DNA of 64,000 nucleotides from Tubulanus polymorphus (Eukaryota; Animalia; Nemertea): NCBI RefSeq assembly GCF_964204645.1, contig NW_027437436.1, positions 115,001 to 179,000 of the forward strand, read 5' to 3'. Shown piece by piece: positions 50,786 to 64,000 of this stretch (position 1 is its first letter; each line of letters starts with the position of its first letter). The notes under the pieces were generated by a model. It saw only the letters and a program-made list of their open reading frames with translations, ran no database searches and was not told where the DNA came from. The position numbers and the translations under genes were made by a program.

Positions 50786-52268
50786 TTTTCCTATGATGTG
50801 TATACGCTGTCTTAGCTATTTTCGCCGGCAGCCTCCTCAAGCAAGACCCGTTCTCATTGGAATATTCGATGCAACTGAGACGGATAGTTTTAGCTAATAA
50901 CTTTTCGTTCAATATGACTATTGCGGTTTCAATTAATTTCTTAATAAACACGATGCTTTTCGCTGCCACACCCAATGAAAGAACTGAGATGAAGTTGCCA
51001 CACCCAGCCGTACAACTGTAACCAGTTCAACAATTTTACGCACAGCCTTCGTGAAATTCGTTCAGTGCGTACGTCATAAGGTATGTCGACCGGTGTTTGT
51101 ATGAGGAATGAAATTAATGATTGCCATCGGCGCTGTCAGGCAATTTAAAACAAGAGGCCCACGGGCCTTATACCGTCATGACGCAGTAGAAGTAGATTGA
51201 TTTAGTATTTAAAGAATTTTACAGAAAGATTTACATTGTAACGACGTAACAAATTTTAAAAACGGTTAAGATGGTATATGCTATGCGGCGATAATTTTCA
51301 TTTTCTCTTTAAATTTATCCTTATATGAAAAGACAAGCCCATTATAGCTGCCTCAAACATAACACTACAAAAATATCCAAGATGGATGGGAACCCTGACA
51401 GAGAAACTTGACCTCAATCAAGGGGTAGACATTTCACCTACTAAAATTCTTACACTGAGTATCATGATAATGCATCAAGAATGTGTGTGTAATTCAAAAA
51501 TTCAGTGCATCTTAGTTTGTGTTGTCCCTGTTTGCATCGCGCACGTGGTTAATATAATTGTTTACATCGAACGTCTTCAAAAGCTGATATAAACGCACCC
51601 GCGCCTGTCAACCAATCATCTTAATTGATTCATATACTAAAATGCTCACTATGAAAAAACTATGTGGTGATTCAATGCGGAAGTTTTCAGCAGAATTTCA
51701 GACACTAGGTACCTTCTTTTAAAGCTTAATTTGTTGTATATCATTTACAATAAGTTATATAATACTTTATTCTTAATTAACTTTGAAGCGGCGCGCCGGC
51801 AGCGAACGCTCAAGCTAGGTCAGTCACCAAGGCCAACATTAACACGAAACAGACCACGCTTTATCGCGGCTGAGCGTCTCTACACATAAGTTACAGGAAC
51901 CATTTGTTGACACTAACCTCTAATTAACTCCGTACGGATACAATCAAGATAATTCCACTGTTCAACGATCGACGCGCAGCTTAAACATGGCGCCGTAATT
52001 CAGCACGCTTTTCATAATGTATCTCTTTCAAATCACATTTTAATTACAAGTGTTGACTTGTGGTAAACGATCGAAATCTACCAATTTGATTTGGAAAATA
52101 TGATCACTATAGTTCAAAAAAGTTGATAAACCACATCCAACTGTCTAATCATTTGAAAGCTTGCCTTCTTATGGAACTATTTCCGCCATATCACAGGTAC
52201 GTTTTCCCACGATCTTACTATGAAAGTAAAATAGGCTTATTTCAGTGAGCTTCTTGCGCCTTCTTTAA

Positions 52269-54650
52269 AGGGTAACTGACACTTTTTCATTTCAAAATTC
52301 GATGTTCTATCGAACCTAGGAAGATTTTAAAATATGTCAGTTCAAAAATGTGTAGTTTCCGCGTATATCATAATTTTATGAGACAATTTTTGACCTCATT
52401 TCGTTGTATACATCGCGTTAGAAATCATCGGCAGTCAATAAAGGGAGCACTGAAAATTCTCTTCTATGAGATAACGTTGTGTTTTTACTACTGTGTTTTC
52501 ACTGCTTTTTCTCAATGGCAAATGGTTGTGTTTGCTTTGGGTGCGATTATTCGGGTTGGGGAATATTTCTTTTTCCGAAGAATCCTGTTCATCGAGAAAA
52601 ATGGGCTTCCTTTGCGGTGTTGTCATATCGCGGAATCACGGTATCGCAGAATTTTCCAAAAACACGGAAGGGTCCTTCTCCAAGAAAGCTGTTTTTTGGT
52701 GTCCCACAAAATAGAAATCGACTATCGGCACCAGAAAACCCATATTCACTTAAATTTTAACCTGTAGATCAGTATATTCAAAAGATTATAGGTATGATAA
52801 TTAAATGTTCAATTTCAATGAATGCATAGATTTCTGTATTGTTTTCTGTATCGCACCACACAAATTTTGATGTCCCAGACAAGACTTTATTGGATACACA
52901 TTCAGAATTCCATTAAAACACAGTAAAGAATAACAATTTTTGTGGCTTATATGAAATGATTGTAACCCATATTTATATAATTTCATGATTAGTTTACCAT
53001 TATTTATGGTAAAAATTTAGATTTGTTGATGGCTAAAAAATATTTGTCAATTCTGTGACGTTGTTCTGAAAACGAGTGTAATAATTACAAATATTGATTT
53101 ATCTTAGTTTTTTGCACCTCAGATGCGCAAAACGTACTTCTATGGATTATAGCCACTACATGACCTCAAAAAAGCTTTAATTGAAAAAAGGTAATTCAAA
53201 GTGCACACTTTATACATGTATTTTTTCTACCTGTCAATTCCGTGACGACTATTAACACGATTGATTGCAGTATTGACTCGTATCATCATTTTCAGGGGAT
53301 ATCTTCGCCGGCTACCTTCACGCAACACTCGTCATGTCACTTACATAAGCTTTAACTGGCCTATAATCTGTCCTTGTTCATGAAAATGTCAATTCCATGA
53401 CAATCTTAAGACATTTGATTGTCACGGAATTGACATTACGATCCATTATTTCAAAGAAAACTATTCAATATTGCCAAAATTGATAGTTCTGGCTGTGCTT
53501 ATTATCATTCATAGCAGAAACAGCCGTTTGTTTTGCTGATTTATCATGATTTATAATTTGTGAGTCATACCTCGCGTCACGGAATTGACAAACCATAGAT
53601 TAACAGGTTTATTAAAACGACTTATTTTGTAGGTTTCCTTGCAAACAGTAACGTTTTTCGATCTATAAAACAATGTAAATGGATTTGGAAAATAACCTAA
53701 AAAAGTTTTTGCTCTGTTCAGATACATCTCAAAATCATTTTTTTCAAACCCAATAACAGCTTTTTGGAGAATGACCCGGAATTTTTGATCACTTGTACTT
53801 AACATAATAACCGTGTTTTTCCGTCTTGTTGGACAAGGCACCGGGCGCATGTTTTCATTACCGGTACCTGGTAGGCCTATGTGATTATCTATTACTATCG
53901 TCACTCAACAAATTAACGATACTTCCAAACGAGAAAATGGAGAACCTACGTAGGCAATTAATCTATCAACATTGACTGCTGATGCCATCACATTAACTTA
54001 TGCATCCGGCCAGTACCCATGGCAGTGCATCGGTTGAGACCACATCTACGAGTTCTGTGATGCTACCATTGATAAACCTTTAAATATTTTCATAAATGTT
54101 GTACTGTAAAATGGATATAAAAACGATGGTTTTAAATTTTTTAAACTATAACATAGTGTGGGTTTTTATGATATCATCTATTCTCCCTTTTAAATCCTAC
54201 TACTGATCGATCTGTTTTAGCCGAAACATTGATATTGAATGTAAGCGACATGCTGAAGAACTTTCGAATACCTCAAAAGGCATTTGTATTGGAGAAGAAT
54301 CAGATTTAGGGAGTGAGAGTGAGGATGATGACTATCATCCAGATTCGGCAAAAGAGACAGAGATGGGCTGTGGCTCTGAGGATGACTCTTAAGGCAGAGT
54401 TATGTTTAAAGAAATGTATAATAGTATAGTAAGAAAAGTATAATATTTTAATCATGAATGATATTTTCCTTTCTTTTGTATAAAATTTCATTTTTTATTG
54501 CAGTGATGAATCGGATAAGTCGTATAAAGACCAGACCAAAATTATTGTGTTCCAGTCAGTAATTCTGCAGCTGTTACAATACTGCCGGGGCTGTGGAAGA
54601 GAGAACCAAGATTGGACGAGGCACAGAGGAACAGTGTTGTCTGTCACGTG
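52269..54650 (+). mobile_element. Decayed Kolobok-like element: THAP exon plus transposase remnants
   Basis: Same TTAA/AGGG end and THAP exon (ATG 52515). Acidic stretch EESDLGSESEDDDY at ~54290. Exon after ttgcAG (54503) reads KIIVFQSVILQLLQYCRGC..GTVLSV. Right end not found. Confidence 0.6.
53043..53780. mobile_element. MITE fragment with inverted subterminal motifs
   Basis: tgtcaattc(c/t)(g/a)tgac three times, followed by its inverse gtcacggaattgaca twice. Confidence 0.55.
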
Positions 54651-56214
54651 ATCATCAAGAAATCGTTTTGTTTTAGCGAAAATATCATTCCCCTTGAATG
54701 ATAATCTGAGAAATATACAATCTTCATTTATCTGTTACCGCTGATTACAAATTAGTTAGTCCCCTCCTGCATTTACTCTAAGTGACTAAAATTTCGGTTT
54801 TATCAGCATCCCCCGTGATGCTGTAATGGGCCCAATATTTTTTATTTAAAAAGTGTAACTAAATCCAACTGGAGAGACTTTTCGTTCAGTTGGATGACCG
54901 TGTCGTCTGCATAAATAGGTCCCTGATTCTGGATCGCTATTCAGACTCAGTTTTTCAGTGAAAAGCAGTTGGTTGAGTATCTGGTGTTTGCAAGCTGGCT
55001 GCACGGGATACGGGAATTATATGAGGACCCTCGAGTGAGGCGATCGAAGATTCTATTTCGCATGTGGCAAGGGAGGATCCACATAACGGCAACAGTATGA
55101 ATGAACAGAGCTACGTATACCAGATATTCATCAGATTCTCAATCAAAATCTATCCATCATTTCTCTAAATGATGAATACAAATCGCGCTTAACATGAACG
55201 TTGACATGGCTTATGAGAAGCAAGTGTATTTCTTTGCGTGGCCTTAAGCAAGATATTAAGTGGGAGGGAAATTGGCATACCGTATGTAGTTTTATTTACG
55301 CTGTTGTCCTACAAATTCTAATTGCAATGTGGTATTTCAAGCCAAATTTTGTATCATTAGGGTTTCTGCTGCTTTCGCAGAAATCCTCTTGTATTTCTGT
55401 TGATTATTATTATTATTATAAATGGTCAACTTTCCAGCCAAAAATTTTTCATAAAATGTAACTCCTCTCAGATTCGACTACCAACAGCTTATAATATAAT
55501 TTTAAATTCTGTCAGAAATATAACTCGGCGCCTGACGATTTCGAATCTGCGTATAGTAATCTATTATGCATTAATCCCGCATAATTACCGGGTCTAAACA
55601 GCGACAAGAATACCGCAAAGAATCGTCATTCATTGATAAAAGTGCACCCCGGAAAGCCTAAAATTTACCGCACGACCTTGAGCTTCAAAGTCAACCGTAA
55701 ATCACGGATTCGGACTTACAATTAGTCCTGATCCGTCGTTTCCCACGAACGATAACTACAGCCGGTGCGCAATAAGTGTCTTATTAATGAAACATGGCGG
55801 ATGGTTGAAATCATTTGCGGCTTAAATTTATCGCGAGTTTTAGGACCTTAATGAATTTCACCAAACCATGATCCTTAAAATGAGTCAATTGGTTAACTCT
55901 ATTCGTAAATAAATTAACGTTGGCTACATTTCCTGAAGATTTCTGGCTCGATTCAACGTAATATGGACAGAAATGGTAGGAATTTTCATACGGAATTTTA
56001 CTTCCGCGTTCACTCGACGACTCAGATCGATGACAATGACAGCAGATTTTACGTAATTTAAGGAGAGAATCCGTTAATCAGGGAATGTTTTACATGATTT
56101 CTTTATAATATTAGTTCATATGGTAGTCTTGTACCTAGCCGTTGTTCCCCAAACAATGTCTAGGGCGAAAATGCTCATATAAGGTTAATTTTCGTCCTTC
56201 ATTTTGAGGGACCG

Positions 56215-59200
56215 CAGAGATGAGAACTCCCCGCGGATCCGCGGTTTCCCGCGGATTTCGGTATTGAAAAATATCATTTTTCCCAAATAGTCCAAAAATG
56301 ATGTAAAAGTATAAGGGGGGGGGGTTCATGGTGTGTCACTTCACAAGTGTGGCGCGATTTGCAGTTGGGTTTCTCTGGCGCGATTGGTGATCGGGCGAAC
56401 CGTAAAAGCGTTCAGTGCCTGTTTACACATCGTTGCATAAATGCTTTCTTATCGACTTTCTACACTCACTGATTCTGCTCGCACACTGTCTATTACGACG
56501 TACGTATGTATTTAATCAATCGGTTGCTGACACGGCACGTGGCAACAGTGCGAGGCGGTGTGTAGCGTAGGCTTTTAATACGTCGATAGATAAAAATATT
56601 CAGTCCTAAGTCCTAGCGCCTAACTGGAAAGATCTTAAAAAGGTAAGTTGACTTGAATAAAGTTAAATAAACAGTTAAATAAAAATATCTTTTTCAAAGT
56701 TGTTCTTTCTTTCATAGTTCATAGCGTTTCGTTGACCATAGACGATGGACTGGCGTGAGCAAGATGCTGCTGCAGGCGTGAGGGGAAAATTTAAGCCCGA
56801 ATGGTTAGAGAAAGAGCTGACATACAAGGACCATAGAATGAGATATAACTGCTTCCAAAAAGTTCCTATAGCGGGGATTATTGAATGTAATGTTTGTAAC
56901 GGACACCGAGTCAAATATGCGAGTCGCGGTCTGGGTGCTCTTAGTGACCATCTAAAAACGGATCAGATACCTATTACGGAGCATCTAGAACTTCAACCCC
57001 CGAGACACCATCGTGTGGTGAAACCCCAACCACTACCCGCACAATAAAACCCCTTTGGTGCGATCGTATCTCTTCTACTGAGGTATGATGCGTATTTATT
57101 TTTTATAAATCTAATATATCCAGTATTAGGCAAAAAAATTGATACATTGTTTCTCCGCTCTGCTGAGCTTAAAAGTTAGACCCGGCGGCCGCCCATCTTT
57201 TTTAAAATCGTGATCAATTTTACTATAACAGACAGCTATAAAAATGAACTGATTACAAATTTTATTATATTTTACAAAAATGACCCGGCCGCTGCAGAAA
57301 AACAGGGTATTATTTTTGTTTAGCCTTACCCCGGTAGTTAACATTGAAGCAGTAAATGACCACATAGCCCTACTTTTGCCATGACTGGTGCATTCTTTTC
57401 TTACAGGCATTGCTTTTAGGCTTTATCGCTGAAAATAATTTGCCTCCGTGCATCGCGCCTAAGCTCGTGAACCTGGTTAAAAATGCTGACAAATCTGCTG
57501 TCAAAGAAGTTAGTCTTTCTAGGTTCACCGCATCATACAAACTAACGCATGGGATGGGGCAATACTTCACTGATGAAACAGCTAACCATCTACGACATGG
57601 CCCATTTTCACTGAATATTGACGAATGCACATCTTTAGTACACAAACAAGTGTTAGGTGGGTTTTTTTAGAAACAATAAAAATGGTTTAGATCACTTATG
57701 CTTGACGAGAGGTGGAGAGTATATGCCTATATCATGTGAATTTTAATTCTTTATTAGGAGTTCTGGTGAGTTATTTTGACGTCACAGAAGGGCGTTCAGT
57801 CGTGCAGCATTTTGCAGGCATCGAAATGACAACAGTTGACGCAGAATCGATATATCAAGCCTTGGTGAAATTGCTGAATGACCACGATGTTCATCTTAAA
57901 AATCTAGTTTCCATATTGGCTGATTCGTGTAACGTCATGAGAGGGAAGCGAAATGGGGTAGAAGCTAAGATTAGCGAAAAAGCAAAAGATTTATTGGACA
58001 TTGATGGGGATTCATGTCACCACATTCATAATTGTGCGAAGAAACTTTCAGATGTTTTTGAAAATTGGGTCGAAAAATTGTATACAACATTGTTCAATGA
58101 TTTTAAATGGTCACCTGATTTAAAGCAGGACTTAGCCGAGATATGTGATTTGCTAGAAATTCAATACGTTGCCCCTCAGAATTATGTTCCGCACAGATGG
58201 CTCTCAGTGTATGATGTATCCATTACATGTCTACCTATGTTTCCTGCCTTGAAAGTGTTTTACTCGGCTTTTTGCCGACTGAAATGGTTGGGGCATACAA
58301 GCCTGTAATTGATGACCTCCTATCTAACCTGAGTCCGGAGGCTAAAGGTCGAATCAAGGAAATACATGATCGATTGAGAAAAAAACGCACGTCAATGACA
58401 GATGCTGGAAAGCAAAGGAAAGTTGAGATACTAGAAAGAGTGCTGTACCAGGAGAGTCGAACCATTCGCATCATGAACTTTTACTTGGCAGCTTTCCCTA
58501 TATTGAAATCTTATGTTTGCCTGTTCCAAGGACAGGAGACTCTCGTACACAAACTACATGAAGAACAATTGAAGGTTTTTCGGGAGTTTATTGCCTCGTT
58601 CATCAAGCCAGAAAATATTGTCAATAAATCAGCCAAAAATCTCCTGGCACTTGATCTCACAGATGTAACCCTGCAGTACAAACCAGCTGATATTTTCGTG
58701 GGTAATGACAATGTTCAAGCTCTGAAACAAGTAGATGCCCAAACGAGAAAAGATTTTTTTGATAAAGTCAAAACTGCCTACGTTCAATGTGGAGTATATA
58801 TGCAGATGAAACTACCTATCAATAGTAACGTCTTGAAAGCTCTGTCGTGTGTAGATCCTTCGATTCTATCTCATTCCATCGCCTCAAAAGGGTTGAAAGC
58901 ATTAAAGGATGATCACAATCTTGGTCGGTTTATTAGTGAAGATGATGGGGATTTTTACAGCCAGCTGACGAGGCTCTCAGTCGACCATGACCTCCCTATC
59001 TACGATGGTAAAATTGACCGATGGTGGCACTTGGTAATGAAGACTGGAAAATATCCCGCCGTGTGTGCCGTGGTTCGGGCGTCCCTTAGTATCTTTCATG
59101 GTCCCCAGGTAGAGGCATCGTTTTCCATCATGAATCACTTATTGAACAAGAAGACAAACAGGCTAAACATAAAAACATATTCGGCCTACCAGTCCATAAA

Positions 59201-60044
59201 ATATGCTCTCCAAGCCAAAGGTCAAACTGCCTTACAATATTTTGGGCGTAGGGATGTTCGCTTCAGCCCTGTCAACAAACGGCTATGTCAAAAAATTCGG
59301 GGAGCATCTAGGAAACATAAAAACAAGCGTGCTGCGACTGTCCAAGTGAGGAAGGAAATATTGGATAAGTATGCAGTCCGTGCCGTGAAAAGAGTTAGCA
59401 AAAGGAAAGCTGCCACAACTCACGAAACAAATATCCGTACCCAAAAGCTACGCAAAACTGGGTATCTAAATTGAATATTTGGTTTCTTGACATCAGAGCT
59501 CTGTGTCGACCATACCGTCTCATATTATACAGTTCATGAATAACGTTTGTACTAGATGTTTTATTCACAATAAAGTCTTTTTCTCAATTGAATTTGCATT
59601 AGATTGTGTTATTCTTTATGATAGGAATCCGAATGATAGATGGGATGTTTGGGGTTCAAACACATAACTGTACGTTCTGTGACTGTCAGAGACATCTGTC
59701 ATTTAATGACCGAAAAAATGGATCACACAAGGATCTCACCTTTCTGTGTTGACTTTGGTTTCTGAAAATTGTAAAAATCTAAAATCAGGGGCTCGACCTG
59801 TTGGCCTACTGCTTTAGATCTCATCGAATGTGGATCTGCCACATTGGAAATAGCCATTACCTTTAAAATATGGTGGTCGTTCAGCAATCGTTCATGGGTT
59901 CAAGATACCTCTAAGTGCTCGGAAAACGCTTCTAATTTCAAAACCCCCCAGAGGTTGCGTCGCGCCTTCGGCGCTCGCAGGGGCGGAAGTCCGTAAGTAA
60001 AAGAATATTCCCGCGGATTTCATACCTTGGCGTTCTCATCTCTG
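56215..60044 (+). mobile_element. hAT transposon, ~3.8 kb, both ends present
   Basis: TIR CAGAGATGAGAAC / GTTCTCATCTCTG; ccgcgga subterminal repeats; imperfect TSD (GGGAC core on both sides). Confidence 0.92.
56745..59474 (+). pseudogene. hAT transposase, intron-containing, disabled by a frameshift
   Basis: Motifs FSLNIDECT, LADSCNVMRG, GDSCHHIHN, HRWLS, SIFHGPQVEASFS; zinc-finger-like CNVC..DHLK at the N-terminus. One base missing in the T-run near 58270 (gct ttt tg ccg). Confidence 0.9.
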
Positions 60045-62097
60045 GGGACGAGGCTTTGAGCGTCTATTTCACCCCTTAAAACACCGTCAACTTACCTCAA
60101 ACTGACTGTTCTGTAATGAGTTGGAAGTTAACTATTGTTTGTGCATAAATTTGTAATCCCAAGTAGCTTTTGACGAATCGTAGTAACTCAAAATGTTTGC
60201 CTAGTCACCTCAAAAATAGTTGAAGTGAAGCAACATAACAAATGTGGCGGCTTTTCGTGTTGCATGATGGGAGGGTAAATAACGGATTCGGACTTAAACT
60301 TTGACGGACATTTGATGACAATACAGATATGATTCTTGTTTCAAATTCTTAAGGAAAAATTGACCAAAATTTATGCGTTTTATCAACAAAATATGACATT
60401 TAGAGTAATTTTAGAGAGACATATTGAATTTTCACATTTTGTTAATTTAGTCCGTATTGGAAATCCCGATTGTGGCAATCAATTCAATTCAAATCAAATC
60501 GATAAATTCTCCGGTTCGCGATTTAAATCATCAAAAATATCATTATAAAACAAGTTTTTTAAGTCAACAATATAACTAATTAATTCATTTGAGTATAAAG
60601 GTTTGATTTGACACTAAAATCAGTTGTTGCATTGCAATAAATAGGAGTTAATCTCTATACGATATCTTTGCGTCAGACGTTGTAGGGAACCGGTAACAAC
60701 GACTGGTATTCAGACTATACATATGGTAGCAAATTAGTACTCGGTAAAGCAATGATTACTGTTGGCTAGCTACTTTACCTAGCTTTTTGGGGGGATACAC
60801 CAAGAATAGGCCCTAAATGTAGTGAATAGAGCCAGTGGAATGCCTAAGTTGTTAGTAAGGGGCTGGTTTACACTTATGTGTATGACTATTTATTTAATGA
60901 ACTGGTCACTACGGTCTTCAATTCCATTGCAGCTGGTGGAAGTAAATTCAAACCACAGAGTGCAAGTGTACGTTCCAAATCAAGCTTTTTCGTCATTGTC
61001 GTAACTTAAGCGCAACTGTCTCAGATGCTGTAAGTACTTGATGTTTTATGTAATTGTTATTTTTTCAGTTGCCATGTTTACAATATTTGGATAAGTAATC
61101 AGTTATTATACCTTCTTTCACTCCTGTGGCTGACTAATTGGTGCGATTAGATTAGACGTTAATGTTTCAAAAGGTCTAGCCCATAAGCTTGTATCATCAG
61201 GGGGTAGACAAATATCCGACGAAAAATGAAAACTTCACCTCGTTGATCGTCAGTTGATTTTGCTGTAATTTTTTTGCCTGGATAAATCAACAAGTCATTC
61301 AGTTCAAAATATATGTTCAGTAGAATTTCTTTCAATAAAATGAAAATTTAATAGACTTATTTTTATGTATTCAAGATTGAAATTGAATGGATCTTAAAAC
61401 CAGAGGAAGCATTCTTCAGAAATTTTGAAAATCCTAGACTCATAATAAAATTCTGTGAAGTCAGTAAAGGTATTTTGCTCGAATCAAGCCGAGGGCTCAG
61501 ATGGCTAACATTCCTCTATGTCCTATAATGCAGAGTACGATAAAGTTTACACACTGAAAAACGTTGGGCTGCGTAAGTGTAATTTGGATAAGTTAGCAAT
61601 ATAATGACCGCCCTGGCCCACTGCCTCCGAGACATGAACAAGTTAGACTGTGTTGCTTCGATGCTTTGACAAACGGACTCCTAAGCAAGATGACCTGCCA
61701 AATCAAATGTAAATTAAGAAAGAAAACAACACAATTGATCAGTCAATGCCTTGCGTCTTCAAAAAGAATTTTCCCGGAAATATTTCTTTTTCTGGCCACC
61801 ACCTGCCTCGACACGCGACGTTCAAGTTGATACGACCGCCACCGGGAGACCATATCTTCGGTATCCTCAAAGCCATTTTGATAAAACTTGGTACATCAGT
61901 ACATTTTAGATGGTAGCCCTTTTGGATCCACATAATCCAGCATATTGTTGACCCAGGTTGCGCTTCTTGGAAATCGTCCTATGTTATGGACGGATTGGAA
62001 TAATTTCGATTTCTTTTTTACGCTTCCCCTTGCAACGAACCAGTTAGGCAGAAACCCGTTATCGCTGCTATGCAGCTATATTTTTAGTTCTTATTCT

Positions 62098-62360
62098 GGC
62101 TCACGTAGGGTATTGCACAGTATAGTTCCTTCGCGTATGCTTACTGCGTTGTTCGGTTTATGTGAATCCCAAAGAAAGTTGACACGTCGACATATTCACA
62201 TTGCCAGCCATTAACATTCCATGGGTCAAACTATTAACGATTTATTAACCTCATACACAACACGGGAGCAAACACATGGTAAACCTCGTGACATTCCTGC
62301 TAGCATTCCATGTGTCAACGTGTCGGCGTGTCTACCCACACACAAAATAACTATGAACGA
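62098..62360 (+). repeat. Second (diverged) copy of the Merlin left end
   Basis: ggctcacgtagggtattgca...ccattaacattccatg repeats directly at 62678-62910. Confidence 0.8.
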
Positions 62361-62677
62361 TCTATTGACCCCATACAGTAGCCGTCATGCTGTCACTAAT
62401 CGTCGGTCACCCGCTATACATGAACTGGTCATTTGCCGCGCATTAATACCCAATTTTCAATGTATTCATGCGCCAATGAATGTATTAATGCGCTGATACT
62501 TCAAACGCACAACTTAATCACTCGACGCCATGGCACTATCCTGCGTTTTATCCGAGGTCGTCGCGAGATAAGCTGCTGCCTCTCGCCTAAAACACAGCAG
62601 GCCGACTGGGATTGACTGACGCAAAGAATAAACTGTTTGGCGCACAGGTAGTTGAAACAAAAAAACATACGCAGGGT

Positions 62678-64000
62678 GGCTCAAGTAGGGTATTGCATAG
62701 TTCCTTCGCGTGTGCTTACTGCGTTGTTCGGTTTATGTGTATCCCAAAGAAAGTTGTCATGTCGACACATTCACATCGCCACCCATTAACATTCCATGTG
62801 TCAACGTGTCGACGTGTCTACCCACACACAAATATAAATTAATTATTAACGATCCATTTACACCATACGCCAAACACAACACGTGACCAAACACATGATA
62901 AACCCGTGACAATCATACACTACATCCAATCGTTCATGCCATACCATAATTGCATTTCTATTTTTCTGTAGTCAATTCCAGTTCTCTGATATTAGTTTCA
63001 ACACGGTTAAGCCTTCAAAATCACAGGAGATTCATTATATATTTTCAGCACTGTCAACGTGAGATACGCCTCCAAAAAACTAAACGTGGGGACGGTGAAA
63101 TATGGCATTGTATACATTGCTACAGAACGATGTCGATACGTGACGGCTCTTTTTTTTCAAAACCAAAAATGAAACTTTCGCTGCTGATGCTTATATTTTA
63201 CTGTTTCGGTTTAGATTTGCAACAGTTTGAAGTCATGAAATTGCAACCGGATACTGCCAGGACAACTATTATGGAATGTTACAGATTGTTACAAGACGTC
63301 ATGTCTACGGCATTAGTTCAATCGCCTTTGAAATTCTCCGAACTTGCCACTGATATGGGTGTAGTCGAAATCGACGAGAGTAAATTTAGCAAAAAAGCCA
63401 AATATCATAGAGGTAGAAGCAGGCAAAATACATTGGTTTTTGGACTTTGTGAGCGGTGAACGAGAAACGTTCATCTGGAAGTTCTTTCGAGACGTGACAT
63501 TCCAACATTAATACCAATAATTGAAAAAACCGTTCCAAAAGGTGCAACTATTTTCTCCGACCAATGGTCTTCTTATCATTGTTTAACAGAAAGGGGATAC
63601 AAACATGACACTGTTAACCATTCAAAAGAATTCAAATCCAAAACGGGCGTCTATACTAATAGTATTGAAGGGATTTGGTCCTTAGTGAAACACAAAATAC
63701 AAGAAAGAAAGGGGGTAGTGGCAACAATGCTTCCACTTTATTTAGACGAATTTATGTATAGACATCGGTATGGTCATTCAAATGGGGACGTTTTCTATGT
63801 ACTAATATCTGATATCACCAAGCAGTATAACTTTTCATAAAAGATTCTGGCATTCTGAAATTCTGACTGTGAATAAAGTAATTGTTCGATGTTTCCAGGA
63901 TTACTTATCGTTGTCTTCGTGTTTCAATATGAATTTTCATAAAAGGTTTCTACAGGTTTATATATATATACCCATATAAATAGGGGGTATGGCCAATTCT
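62678..64000 (+). mobile_element. Merlin (IS1595/ISXO2-like) DNA transposon; transposase pseudogene ~63040-63840
   Basis: VVEIDES..KYHRGR..VFGLCER, one in-frame TGA (63457-63459), then IFSDQWSSY..HDTVNHS..TNSIEGIW..YLDEFMYR to the stop at 63838-63840. Left end GGCTCAAGTA; right end probably beyond the window. Confidence 0.9.

Larger units (their letters stand above)
42082..52791 (+). repeat. Segmental duplication unit B
   Basis: Near-identical to 24285-35018; its first 58 bp are the 5' stub of the GPCR pseudogene (ATG at 42139, minus strand). Confidence 0.97.
56062..60293. mobile_element. ~400-bp TTAA-flanked (Kolobok-like) MITE split by a hAT insertion
   Basis: TTAA-ggagagaatccgtta ... taacggattcggac-TTAA, imperfect TIR. 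Confidence 0.55.

Overview
This is AT-rich animal genomic DNA. Spliceosomal introns, LINE/LTR/DNA-transposon debris and intronless rhodopsin-type GPCRs suggest a marine invertebrate, probably lophotrochozoan (inference). Host genes: (i) a three-exon gene absent from the ORF track (5224-6735, +) encoding a 94-aa secreted protein with four C-X3-C motifs; (ii) a 198-aa secreted Cys-containing precursor (13108-13704, -) with two GRW-G amidation-type ends; (iii) a cluster of divergent class A GPCRs made of one pseudogene, two identical 413-aa copies and a 5' stub. The two intact GPCRs lie in a ~10.7 kb direct duplication (24285-35018 / 42082-52791). Each unit also carries a pol-less LTR element encoding a zinc-knuckle/coiled-coil protein. 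The units are separated by a 7 kb insert holding a spliced, 3'-truncated Mutator-like (DUF6729-type) transposase. The rest is nested mobile DNA: piggyBac, P-type, Merlin, hAT, Kolobok/THAP, YqaJ, Helentron-like and LINE remnants. All calls come from reading the sequence by eye; no database search was run.
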